A stretch of 63,917 nt of DNA, filler included, from Pirum gemmata (Eukaryota): NCBI GenBank assembly GCA_002812295.1. It is 16 parts of 16 records of this genome, joined end to end, with 100 filler letters (N's around TTAATTAATTAA, not from the genome) between each part and the next. Parts side by side here need not be neighbours in the genome. Positions count along the whole stretch, not along the records: positions 23,704 to 27,451 come from PDIN01002031.1; positions 27,552 to 33,404 come from PDIN01002032.1; positions 33,505 to 37,279 come from PDIN01002033.1; 13 more parts are not named here. One strand, written 5' to 3'. Of the stretch, positions 23,847-37,279 are shown piece by piece. Below the pieces are notes generated by a model. The model was not told the DNA's origin. It saw only the letters and a list, made by a program, of their open reading frames with translations, and did not search any database. The number at the start of each line of letters is the position of its first letter. The first letter of the stretch is position 1. Both the position numbers and the translations under genes were made by a program.

Positions 23847-26391
23847 TACTATCCCAGTCTTCCTGTGTAATACCCTCAACTTGTCAGAGAGAATCCGTTA
23901 ATTCCATTCGTTCTTGTTCAAGTCCAAATCCCACAGAAAAAGACCGCCTAGAACATCAAAAGTATCGACAAGAACAGCAAAAATTAAGATTACAAGCCCA
24001 CCAACTATTACAGCGACAACAACAAAGCCAACATCAACATCAACATCAACATCAACATCAACATCAACAACAATCTTCAACTAAACAACACCAACAATCA
24101 CAACCACAACAATCACAATCACAATCACATCCATTGCAGTATTTACTTCAGCATTCCCCATCACAATCTCTTCCAGAAACACATATACAATCCCAACAAC
24201 AGTCATTGTTGTTAAATGGGAATAATAAGGACAGGATAGTTAGAATTGGTAGTCTTGATAATTATTATCCGACAAGATCATCCTCAATTACAATAACTCC
24301 AACCAACACTCCTACCAAAAAATCAACAAAACCAAAGAAATCTACGTTTAACAACATGACATCTTCGCTTAAAAATGCATTCAGCTTCTCTTCCGAGTTT
24401 CGGTAGGATATTATTATCTATATCATTATTTGTATCATTAATAATAAAAATTTATTATTAGCTCTATTACTATATTTATTAATTATATCAGTATTAAAGT
24501 TAACACTAATATTATTGATATTATTATTATTATTACTATTCTATTACTTTTTTGTTTCTATTTGTATTATCAGTAATTTTTCTTATGGTATGTGACAAAA
24601 GAGTTCTCGGTGTTTTTTTTTTTACAATTTTTTTTCCTAATTATAATATACGTATGCAGAGATCAAAAAAAGAAAAATCCTCGAGTTGTTCAGGGAACAT
24701 TTAGTGTGGAAATGACCTCCAATAAAACTGATGTTGAAGTTCTGGAAGGTTTCATTTTATATTATATTACAATTAGTTGTGTGTGGTGGTGGTGGTGGTG
24801 GTGGTGGTAGGGGTATTTTGGGTTCTAAATATCAATTTATTTATGGGGAGGCGGTACTTTTTTGGGTGGAGGTGTGTGTGTGTGAGGGGGGTTACAGAAA
24901 AACGTAAAAATATGTGGCATAATTTTTGAACTCCCCCTTATCCCACACAATACAAAATTCTACACTGTTGATGCTTAACCAACAAGTATGTATTGATATT
25001 GATTTTGGTTTTAATGAATAGATGAATTAAGTATGTTTGTTACTTGCTAACATTTTTTATCCTTTAAATCAGGTTTAGCTAATTCGTTGATAAAAAACAA
25101 CATCAGTTTTAACCAAAAAGAACCATATTTATTGGTCTGTAAGAAGAAGGATCCTATCTCTGGAAAAACTATGGTTTGCTTTGAAATGGAGGTAAGGGCA
25201 AGGGTTAGGATTATAGCTAGAGTTAGGATTAGGGTTAGAATTAGAATTAGGATTAGGATTAGGGTTAGGATTAGGATTAGTGTTAGTGTTAGTGTTAGTG
25301 TTAGGGTTAGGGTTAGGGTTAGGGTTAGGGTTAGGGTTAGGGTTAGGGTTAGGGTTAGGGTTAGGGTTAGGGTTAGGGNNNNNNNNNNNNNNNNNNNNNN
25401 NNNNNNNNNNNNNNNNNNNNNNNNNNNNNNNNNNNNNNNNNNNNNNNNNNNNNNNNNTAGGGTTAGGGTTAGGGTTAGGGTTAGGGTTAGGGTTAGGGTT
25501 AGGGTTAGGGTTAGAGTTAGAGTTAGGGTTAGGGTTAGGGTTAAGGTTAAGGTTAAGGTTAAGGTTATAATACAAATATACAAAATCACATTTAATTGAT
25601 CAATCCTTGTTTCATCAAATCAAATCTCTTTAAATTAATAAACAAATGGCTGTTTCAAAATAAAAAGGAACAAATCTAACTAAGTCCAAATAAAAAAATG
25701 ACTAAAAAACAATAATAACATCGTATTAAAAAATAATCAATTGTTGTTTCATTAATTCACAACTCTTAATGTAGATGACTTATTATAAAATGAAGGTAAG
25801 TTCACATAAAAAAATGATTATAAAACAATAAGTATCTATTATTATTACACAGGGACTAAAATATAGGGCCAGCACGGATGACGTCACAAAAACATATATT
25901 TATTCTTATTTTTTGATAACCTTATATCTCATTTCCTCTATCTATAGTAACCTATGTCCCAGTTAGACAAAAAATACATTATTGTGACGTCATCCGTGCT
26001 AGCCTTACACTTAAGTCCCTATGCATTACATTTAATTGATTAATCAAATAAAAAGTAAAATTTAAGTCCAAAATTAAAAAATGACTATAATATGATAAGT
26101 ATCAGCTTACTGATTATTTAAATTAATCAATCATTATTTTATCAAATTAAAGATCTTGATTTAACATGTAAATGACCATTACAAAAAATGACTATATTCT
26201 GAATAAAATAATAATTATCATGGTGCCAGCAAGTAAAAATTATATTGTTTTCATTAATTATTATTCACACAACACAGATCTGTCAGATTTCTAAGCTTGC
26301 CTTATTGGGAGTCAGGCTAAAGCGAATAAAGGGAGATATCTGGAAATACAAAACATTGTGTACAAAGATATTAATCGAAGCGTCATTGTGA
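23847..26391 (+). CDS. 3' exons of a KA1-domain protein, probably a MARK/Par-1/Kin1-family kinase (exons 23847-24402, 24660-24748, 25073-25191, 26278-26391)
   Basis: Three GT-AG introns splice in frame to NPRVVQGTFSVEMTSNK...FNQKEPYLLVC...CFEMEICQISKLALLGVRLKRIKGDIWKYKTLCTKILIEASL*, matching the C-terminal KA1 domain. The kinase domain is not in the contig. Confidence 0.88.
25200..25567 (+). repeat. (TTAGGG)n tract starting just after an intron donor
   Basis: Donor gtaagg at 25192 runs into TTAGGA/TTAGTG/TTAGGG/TTAAGG repeats; contains an N gap. Confidence 0.92.
25848..26023. mobile_element. Intronic MITE with ~42-bp imperfect TIRs (CAyAGGGACT ends)
   Basis: cacagggactaaaatatagggccagcacggatgacgtcacaa pairs with ttgtgacgtcatccgtgctagccttacacttaagtccctatg. 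No clear TSD. Confidence 0.75.
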
Positions 26392-27300
26392 ATCTTTCTT
26401 TTTCCCTCTAACTATCAGTTAAGAATATCCCCAGATCATAAGATAAAAGTAGTGGGTACATCGCTTATTCAGCTAGTAAATGTCTTTCTTTTTCCCTCTA
26501 GATATTAATCGAAGTGTGAATGTCAAGTTCTCCTTTTTCCTCTAACTATCAGTTAGGAATATCTTCATATTATAAGATAAAAGTAGTGGGTACATCGATT
26601 GTTCAGCCCAGGAGCAGAAATTGTCGTTCTTTTTTCCTCTTAACTATCAGATAAGAATATATTCATATCATAAAATAAAAGTAGCGGGTACATTGTTCAG
26701 GCCAGCAGTAGTAATTGTCTTTCCTTTTCCCTCTACATATTAATCGAAGTGCCATTGTGAATCTTTCTTTTTCCCTTTACTATCAGTTAAGAATTTAAGA
26801 ATATCTTCATATCATAAGATAAAAGTAGTTAGTGGGTATATCGATTGTTCAGCCCAGGAGTAGTAATTGTCTTTCCCTTTCCCTCAAAATATCAGTTAAG
26901 AAAATCTTCATAAAATAAGATAAAAAGTAGTGGGTACATCAATTGTTCAGCCCAGGAGCAGTAATTGTCTTGCTTTTCCCCTCTCAACTATCAGATAAGA
27001 ATATCTTCATATCATAGAATAAAAGTAGTAGGTACATTGTTCAGGCCAGGAGTAGTAATTGTCTTCTTTTTCCCTCTTAACTATCAGATAAGAAAATCTA
27101 TAAAAAATAAGATAAAAGTAGTGGATACATCCGTTGTCCAGCTTAGGGGTAGTAATTGTCTCCATATCATAAGATAAAAGTCCTTCTAGATATTAATCGA
27201 AGTGTCCTTGTGAATATTTCTTTTTCTCTCTACTATCAGTGAAGAATATCTCCATATCACAAGATAAAAGTAGTGGATACATTGGTTGTTCAGCCCAGAA
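26368..27300 (+). repeat. Two-module tandem array (8 x ~97-bp unit, 4 x ~40-bp unit)
   Basis: actatcag... units at ~26411, 26545, 26643, 26779, 26889, 26987, 27080, 27232; atattaatcgaag units at ~26368, 26501, 26737, 27190. Confidence 0.9.
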
Positions 27301-28572
27301 GACAGGAGCAATAATTGATTTTCAAAAGCAAAAGCAACAGTATTAACAATAGGAATTGATTAAGTAATCATTTGTATTTCTGGTCTCATATATATATATA
27401 TATATATACAGTTCAAGGTCCGAAAGACCCAAATCTGGTTCCATATATTAGNNNNNNNNNNNNNNNNNNNNNNNNNNNNNNNNNNNNNNNNNNNNTTAAT
27501 TAATTAANNNNNNNNNNNNNNNNNNNNNNNNNNNNNNNNNNNNNNNNNNNNGGGTTAGGGTTAGGGTTAGGGTTAGGGTAGGGTAAATATCTTTACTAAG
27601 TCCCTACTCCCTAGCTAGCTAGAGCTACTATTAATTTATTAAAAAAGAGTTATTAACTTGCTAGAGGTAATAAACATTTTTTTTTTTTTTTTTTTAAGCA
27701 GCCAAGCCGGATAAAACTGTAGAAATCATTTTTTTAGACTTCTTTTCTAAACCTTCAATATTAACTAGCCAAATTATTTTTCAAACTGGTCATTGGTTCA
27801 TAATAGAGTTTTCTTATTTAAAACATTTCACACTGTTTGGTAGTACTTTTATTAAAATTGCATCATTTTGAGATTTTTTTGATTTTTGAAATTTGAGCTC
27901 AACAAACTTGCTCATATGAAAAAATCAATAAAATCATTTACATAATAATAATAATAATAAAATATGAAATCAAAAATTTTTTTTTCATATATTATAATAC
28001 TTGGTGTTTTTAAGCAGCAGTTCAAATGGTATTTATATTTTTTGGAACTATATCCTAATTTAGAAATAACAAAAAGCCAAAGAGCACTAGATAAATTATG
28101 AAAGTCTAAATTTTACATAATTGAACAACTTTTATATACATTACGGTATAATATACCAGTTACTAAACTTAATACCCCTAATAATCCTAACCCTTTCCTA
28201 ACTCTTTTTTAACTCTAACCTAACCTATTTTAAACCCTAACTAAGTAGTTAGTCTACAAAAAAAATTTAGTCTTCTTCATTATGGTGCTATGTTGCATCA
28301 AAAATATACAATAAAATTTACCAAAAAAATATAAGACAAATCGATTTTATTTAATTTGGTATGTTTTATTATCTATTTTTCAATATAAAAGAATCAATAT
28401 TAAAAAGATTATTTGTAACATACCAGACATCTAATAAATAATCAGAGATTTAGATTCCAGAAACCTTTTTTTTTTAAAAAATAGATAGACTAATAACCTT
28501 TAGGCTTTAACGTATTGGCTGTAGAACAGTAATGCTACAGTAATGGACCTATAGACCTATCATGATTCATGA

Positions 28573-28636
<64 letters not shown>

Positions 28637-29576
28637 CAAAGTCAAGGCAAAAAACTTGAAGTCCTTGAAAAGAGGTAATAATGACGTTATTTTACGCTAG
28701 TAGTTATTTTAACTTTGTTCATGAATGTATTGTATTTCCTTGATAAAGTTTAGTCTAGCTTTTAGTCTACTAAATATCATTTATTTTTTCGAAAAGTTGA
28801 TCGAATAAAAAAAATTCAATATTTGGCCCCCTACTTTTTTTTTTTTAGCATTACTGCCGGATAAAACTAGCTATAAAACTGCGGAAATCATTTTTTTTTA
28901 TTAGACTTATTTTCTGAAAACCTTTAATGCTAACTAGCCAAATTATTATTAAAAACTGGCTATTGGTTCATAATAGAGTTTTTCTTAGTCAGACTATTTC
29001 TGAAATTTTGATAGTACTTTCATTAAAATTGGACAATTTTAAGATTTCGTCAGATTTTGAGCTCATACAGCGGATTTTGCAGCTTTACCCTGAATGAGTA
29101 AAAAAAAAACTTTTTTGAGAAAATATTTTCTTTTTTTCAAAAGCTCAGCTAGACTATGAACTCTAGCTACTAGCTAGAGCTGTCATACTACTATGTCATA
29201 TCATATCGATTTCGATAGTAAAGATAGACCATTAGCATCTAATTTAGTTCTACCACAACATAATGGATCCATCGACTATAGGTGACTTGTCCCAATTAAC
29301 CCAAACATTATCACCATAACGGCTTAATGCTATTTTAATTGGTTCGTATGTTTGGGTTTTAGTATTTAACCATAATCGTACTGTAATAGATTCACTGTCA
29401 TACTACAATAGCTACTAGCTAGAGCTAGCTAGCTAGCTAGTAGTGTGAAAGTTAGTGTGAGTCTGTGTGACTCGTGTGAGTAGCAGACTCTACTTTAATA
29501 AAAAATACCGTCTATTTCACTACAGTTTACATCGATATCATATAATATCAGACCAAGCAAGGAGTTCAAGAAACTT

Positions 29577-29677
29577 GGGTTAGGGTTAAGGTTAGGGTTA
29601 GGGTTAGGGTTAGGGTTAAGGTTTAGGGTTAGGGTTAGGGTTAGGGTTAGGGTTAGGGTTAGGGTTAGGGTTAGGGT
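29577..29677 (+). repeat. Interstitial (TTAGGG)n tract
   Basis: Direct reading; ends at a single-N join. Confidence 0.9.
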
Positions 29678-30041
29678 NATAATAATAATAATAATTTCAA
29701 AAAAATATTTATAATAAAAACAGTAATAGTGACATAAATATAGATAATAATATATTATTGTTAAATTTTATTTTTGTTTTGTAGTGTATGCATATAGATA
29801 ATAATATAGAATAATAATAACTTTTAACTTTGAAACAAAAGCTTTACTATAATAATTTGATACTACAAGAATAACACAAACAAACTGATAATAATAATAA
29901 TAATAATAATAATAGAAAGAATAAGAATAAGAATAATAATAGTAATAATAGTAATAATAATAATAATATAATAATAATAATAACACTAATAATAATAATA
30001 ATATAAATTTAAAAATGTAGGTAATAATAGACAATAATAAC

Positions 30042-31123
30042 CTTTAGTTTCCTGGTCGTTATCAGAGGTATCTATATTCATTCCATATTCTGAAAAATCA
30101 AAATCATCATTGTCATCATCATCATTGTCATCATCATTGTCATCTTCTTGTTCATTGTTAACACCATTACCATCATCATTGCCATCACCATCATTATTAA
30201 TTTTTGACTTTTTCCTTTTTCTAATAGAATCAACAAATTCATTCATATCAAAATCACAATCACTTTGGTCACTGTCCATGATATCATCCGAATCCATATC
30301 ATTGTCACTAGCTGAGTTTTCATCGTCATCATTCATCAAAATTTCATCCCAAACACTATTAACTTTTCTGAAGAAGGATTAGGGTTAGGGCAATTAACAG
30401 TAATAAATTTGGTTTTGGGAGTTTCAATTAAAGATTAGAATAAGAATAGGAGGTTGTGCTTTTGGGTTATTCATACATGTAAAACGAAATGGGGCATACG
30501 AAGCGTGCAGTAGACTGCAATTTGAGGTGAGATATCAATTCATGTACTTCGATTTGACCATCCGTATTAATGGAAGAATCAATTATCCATTCAGCCTATC
30601 AAATATATAGAAAAAGAAGCAAGTCATTATAAATAAAAAACTTAAATATAAGGCTGTGAGTGGAGTTGCTAGAGCTAGGGTAGCATTAGCATTAGCATTA
30701 GCATTAGCGCTAGTGCTATAGATATAAGGCTTGGGCCTGGCCTTGGCCTTGGCCTTGGCCTTGGCCTTGGCCTTGGCCTTGACCTTGACCTTGGGCTTGG
30801 GCTTGGGCTTGGGCTTGGGGCTAGCTAGGGTTTCCTGTTTGGGTAGGGGTAGGGGTAGAGTTTGTTATGGAATACGGCTACTTACTGCGCATGGATGAAT
30901 GCCCGTGTCATCGCATTTTGAAGTTAAAGATTCAATGCCATCTATAAAATTATCAGTATCTTCACTAGGTGCATTGTCTAAAGCTGCATCTTCTGAGCCT
31001 TCAATAGGAACAAGTAAAGGACAATCTTCTATTATTTTGTTTTTAGAACCCATTTGTATTAATTTATTATTGCCTTTCCCTTTTTTTTTTTTTTTTTTCG
31101 AAATCACTTCAAAATTACCTACC
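30042..31123 (-). CDS. Hypothetical protein, three internal exons (31123-30886, 30595-30477, 30367-30042), with poly-K, acidic tract and NLS-like RKRKKSK
   Basis: gtaagt..atag (phase 0) and gtatga..tcag (phase 2) introns join IHPCA-AEWIIDS...SFYI-KVNSVWDEILMNDDDE in one open frame. Confidence 0.65.
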
Positions 31124-31681
31124 CTATGTATATGTATGAGCAGGACTAACAACTGAACATTATCATCTTATCTCGTGCTTTTCAGTTATTTTGTCGTCAT
31201 AAAATATGAATTAAATAGTACCAAATTAATACAATATAAATCCATTTCAATTAATTTGGTATATGTTATTATATATTTATTTATTTAAAAGTATCAATTT
31301 AAATATTATAAACAACCAAATAAATATTCAGAGTGACAAAAGAAATATGAAAAGCATATATTATAATATTATAATATTTTTTTTTTTTCAATAAATTTAC
31401 ATGACTAGACTAGTCTATGGTAGTCATTGTTTTGGGCTGCCCCGTGGTCAGCTCATTGGGTGTCCCTTTAGCGACCGAATCTAGTAGCACCCCTTCTTTC
31501 GAATTTTATTGACATATTGGTTATTAAAAGGTATACTGACGTCATTAATTCTTGTATTCATTTCTTTTTCATTTCACACCCATTTTCTGTTATTTTTTCC
31601 TTTGTATATTGAATAATGATGATAATTTGATGACAACATGCAAGCTGCAGTTAAGAAAAACGCAAATCATTATTATTATTA

Positions 31682-31712
<31 letters not shown>

Positions 31713-31749
31713 TTTATTATTATCTTTATTATTATCATTTGCTTTCAAA

Positions 31750-33385
31750 ATCTTTTGATTCACTTTTAAGATGCCAATTAGTGTTGTTGGTGGTGTTTTG
31801 CTTCATAAGGAGTTCATTCTTTCGAATTTCTACTGGTGCCATTATGGTGATAGTCTCTTACTAATTGTATTATTACTTCATTGTGGGTTGTTGCTTGTTG
31901 GAGGTAGTTGTACATGTGAATCATCTGGAGTGAACGTTGTTCTATCGTTGGTAGGTTGGTCAGTTGTAGTAGGTCTTCTATTTGATTCTGTCGATTTGGT
32001 GTACTTCTAGATCTGCTACCAAACACATTGCCTAATTGTTTTGTATTATTTCTAGGTCCTCTTTATCTTTTGGGGTCATTATGATTATTAATATTGCTAT
32101 AGCTGATCATGAGTAGTCTGTTATCGATCTTATTATGGACTTATATTAATAAGTTCTGATTAATTAATAAAGTAACTGCGTTGGGTCCCCAGTCAGTTCC
32201 TTTTAGAATAAAAAGAAAGCGAAATTTGTTGTTGAGTTTGCCTATTATTTGCGTCAGGTGATAGTACTATTGAATACTAGTGGTAATTGAGTTGTTCGTC
32301 TAGATAGTAGCCTAGTAATTTTGGGTTCGTTGTTGTAGTATTTGTTGTCCGTTATAATGTAAAACAAGGTCAATTTTGTCATTTCGTGTTTTGCCCTTGT
32401 CTATTACAAGATAATATATATTAATTAATGTGTTTTGCCTATGCTAATTTTTGTTTTCCATTTCTCCATCCACTCATAAATGTGACCTAAGGCTTTTTGT
32501 GTATACTGCTGTGGGCTGTGCTTGTTGTGGAGCCAGCTATGTGGAGCACGGTATACGTATACGCACGCCATAAAAGGATGCATCATCTGCAAAAAGTATC
32601 AATCTCAACGTTAACGTACTTACTAGAGCTAGTTGTGCAATATCGGGGAGGTCATTTATAAAGATTATAAATAGTATTTGTCCAAGTATTGACCATTGTG
32701 GTACGTTATATCATATGCATGTATTTTTGAGATTGCCTTTTTACATCTGCAGTTTGATAGGTCCTGTTCTTTAATTTTAAGCAGTCACGTATCCAAAAGC
32801 CTAGGTAATTCGGTATGTTGTATTCCTTTGTGCCATAGTTTGTCAAACGCTTTCTCAATATTCCATTTAGTACTATTAATAGCAATATAAATATTTGTCG
32901 ATTCTTTGGGTCATTTAGTTCTTGCTTGACAAGTTGAGTTAGTTGAAATAATATTAATATTAATGCATCCGTTTTGCCATAAAGCCTGATTGTGTACATG
33001 TGGTACTAATTATATTATTTTCTTCCAGGAAAGTTGACAGTCGGTCTTTAATTACTATTAAAATTTTCTAGTATTTTGGATAGTGTTGGTAGTAGACTTA
33101 TTGGCCTGTAGCTGTTGCAATCTTGTGGATCGCATGTTTCCATTGCTAAATAAAAAAATAGAGTAGTTAAAAAATTTGGCTAAGTCCTCAAACATTGCTT
33201 CTGTGCACTGCAATATTAATAGTACTGTAAGTCTGTAATGTGTTCTCGGTAATATGCTAGTGTGCTGTATTAATAATATTATGTTGTCATCTTCTGGTGC
33301 ACTTTTTTTCTTTTTATATTATCTTGAATTTTCGAATTCGTCACTGGTATTTTCTTGGGGCTGCATGCTGTTGGACGTGAAGAGG
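31750..33385 (-). mobile_element. Decayed non-LTR (LINE) retrotransposon, RT region
   Basis: Ordered motifs SYRPISLLPTLSKILE (~33110), IEKAFDKLWHKG (~32850), SPILHN (~32645), LFADDA (~32590), LGHIY (~32485), with many stops and frameshifts. Confidence 0.92.
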
Positions 33386-33571
33386 TTATTATTATTATTA
33401 TTATNNNNNNNNNNNNNNNNNNNNNNNNNNNNNNNNNNNNNNNNNNNNTTAATTAATTAANNNNNNNNNNNNNNNNNNNNNNNNNNNNNNNNNNNNNNNN
33501 NNNNAAATAAATAAAATAAATAAAATAAATAAAATTAAAATTAAAATGAAATAAAATAAAATAAATCTTAC

Positions 33572-34436
<865 letters not shown>

Positions 34437-34504
34437 TATAGTTTCCTCTATTTATTATACATATACCTACCTCAAAAATAATTTTATTCTATTAATTGTA
34501 ATAT

Positions 34505-34732
34505 TATACAAGGACTTCATTATACTATACTCGTATGTTTGTTTTTTTCATATCATACTTATAATTATAAAATACACTCATAAAGTTTACATCAGGGGTT
34601 TTTAAACTTTTTACATCGTTCTCAGTTTTTGTAAGTCCTTGAATTGTATATCACATAATATTACGTCATTTTATTTAACGTCATTTTACGTCATTTTAAA
34701 TGGCGTGCTACGTCATTTATATTTGACGTATT
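34505..34732 (-). promoter_or_regulatory. Candidate promoter module upstream of ataxin-3: five TGACGT cores plus two CAAGGACTT motifs
   Basis: acgtca/tgacgt x5 in 34661-34730; caaggactt at 34508 and its reverse at 34633; 70-300 bp 5' of the ATG. Confidence 0.4.
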
Positions 34733-35468
34733 ATAAAAATCATTATGTCACACCCTTTTGACAAGTAAGTCTAGCTAGAGAGAGACTCCAGCTAGCTACT
34801 AGCTAGCTATCGATCATATCAGATAGCCTCCCTAGCTAGCTAGTTAGCTAGTTAGAACTTAGATCAGATAACTATCAGATAGCTACTAGCTAGCTAGACT
34901 GCTATCTACTAGCTAGCTAGTGAAAAGCGCTCCAGTATCGCTCCGCGAGATAGTCTAGACTAGACTATGACATAGTAGCTAGACTGGTACTACTGGTAGT
35001 CTATTATCGCTGCTGGAGGGTAGACCCTACTACTAGTAGCTATCATATAAGCTAGCTAGAGACTAGCTAGACCTATTGATAGACTACTAGACTAGATCTA
35101 GCTAGACTAGTAGACTCTAGACTAGTTAGACACTGGTTGTCGTAGTGCTGGTTGTGATCTCAATCTTTAATTTGGTACTGTTTAGGTGTATTATTGTACT
35201 TGTTTATAAAATAAAACATTAAGTATAAAATACCAAATTAATTTAAACATGTCTGATAGTTTAACCATAATAATAATTTGGTACGTTTATTTCAGTTTTC
35301 GAACTGGCTAAATTAGTCTAATGGTTCACACTATTTACAATAATTTATTACAAATTACTAAATATAGGTCATATAGCATCAAATATAGAAATTATTGAGC
35401 TAGTATACCACATTGCAAATAAAGTTTGTGACTTTAATTACACCATACACTGTAGTTACTTTAGCTTA

Positions 35469-35549
35469 TGGGTTACGGTTAGGGTTAGGGTTAGGGTTAG
35501 GGTTAGGGTTAGGGTTAGGGTTAGGGTTAGGGTTAGGGTTAGGGTTAGG
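35469..35549 (+). repeat. Interstitial (TTAGGG)n tract
   Basis: About 12 perfect units. Confidence 0.92.
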
Positions 35550-36843
35550 TAGTAGTAATAGTAGTAGTAGTAGTAGTAGTAGTAGTAAAAATACAAGGAA
35601 ATTTTGTATTATTTCAGCTTTTCTATTGATTAAATTGTGCAAAATTAAATAAAGATGTTTAGTGGGGTAAAATATTAATATCGTTTTCAAGTTGCCTGTG
35701 AAAAGGTGGAAAGATTTTACTTAGCTTTTATTCGCTTTTTCATCACTTTTTGCTTTATCTCTGTCATTCGAGCTCAAACCACCGTACCCACACGGTGGTT
35801 TGAGCTCTAATGACAGGACTTTGTACTTGAGGTGTTGCAGCTCGAACAACTGGGCTTTGGACTCCCAGACTTTGAACTACCGGGACGTTATCAGCAAAAT
35901 CGTCCCCCAGCAATATATATAATAATAGTATTAATATTGATATCGATAATAATAGTATTGATATTAATAATATTGATAATAATAGTACTGGTAATAATAG
36001 TATTGATAATCTTTCAAAACAAGTAATTATTTTGAAAGTTTGATGCAAAAATAGTTGTGGTGTTGGTGCTTTTGGTGTTTGGTGTTATGGGTGTTGCTGG
36101 TGTTGCTGGTGTTGTTGCTGTTGTTGTTACTGTTGCTGTTGCTGTTGCTGCTGCTGTTATTGCTTGTGTTGCAGTTGAGTTTGGACATTCACACTTCTTG
36201 AAATAACTCTCCTTTCACGACGAATTATATCATCATCATCTGGCACAAGCTTCGTCACACACCAGTAGTTCTGAAGTACTGCAAAAAATCACAAAATGAC
36301 CAAAATGGTAGAGCTAGCTAGTAACCTAGTTAGACTTCTCCCAATTCTGCTCTGTTTAAAAACCGAGATTTCGAGTCTATATATTAATTAATAAGTTCGA
36401 AATGTTTAAGTATTTTTCGAACGGAGTTGAATTTTGGCTTTTTTGACTTTTTTTTGACAGCAGAAATTTGAGTTTTTGGGTTTGAGCAGAATCAAGGACT
36501 TCAAAATCGTCAGCAAGCGCTGTCATTGAAAAATGACGCGTTTTTTTTAGCGTCATTGCTCAATGACGCTTTTTTCGAAAAAAAAAAACTAAAAAATTTT
36601 TTTTTTAGTATTTGTCAAATAGAAAAATGTCTAAAATGTTTCGATTCGAACCAAAAAAATGATGTTATTTTCACTTCTCTATTATAACACCTACCTTTTA
36701 TTTTATACTTGAGCGTTTCTAACCCCGAAATTCGGATTCTACAGGTTCGAAATAGGTTATAAAAGTAGTTGATTCATACTTAACACTCTCTAAATTGCTT
36801 GTTCGAAGCTAATAATTGGTTTATTATTACTATTATTATTATT

Positions 36844-37035
36844 GCTGTTATGTTGTTATTGTTATTGTAACTACATATAATACACACTTCAATACAACAT
36901 TCACTTAAGATTTTGTTTATTCAGTACATTTTCCTTAAGATTTTGTTGTATCAATACAACATTCACTTAAGATTTTGGATAATCAGTTCAACATCTCTAA
37001 TCTTTGCCTTCTAATTCATCATGATAACAATAACA

Positions 37036-37069
<34 letters not shown>

Positions 37070-37279
37070 GTAATAATGCTGTTATGTTGTTATTGTTATT
37101 GTAACTACATATAATATAATACACACTGCAATACAACATTCACTTAAGATTTTGTTTATTCAGTACATTTTCCTTAAGATTTTGTTGTATCAATACAACA
37201 TTAACTTAAGATTTTGGATAATCAGTTCAACATCTCTAATCTTTGCCTTCTAATTCATCATGATAACAATAATAAATAA
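36844..37279. repeat. Tandem duplication of ~235 bp with internal cttaagatttt sub-repeats
   Basis: Copies start at ~36844 and ~37078. Confidence 0.85.

Noticed and set aside
25047..25599. ORF-track proteins made of LT/RV/NP/GL, IM/SL, VVV or FFF runs (here and elsewhere)
   Set aside because: They are translations of microsatellites and N gaps, many inside introns.
26368..27300. CRISPR array
   Set aside because: Units are homologous over their whole length with no unique spacers, there are no cas genes, and the array starts inside a eukaryotic exon.
27552..27585. True telomeres or gene-sized nanochromosomes
   Set aside because: Tracts are mostly internal and in both orientations; this contig starts with TTAGGG, the wrong strand for a left telomere; genes are cut mid-intron at contig ends.
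35764..36280. Minus-strand gene with VQSPV repeats and polyQ
   Set aside because: Frames are interrupted by stops and no consistent splice model was found.
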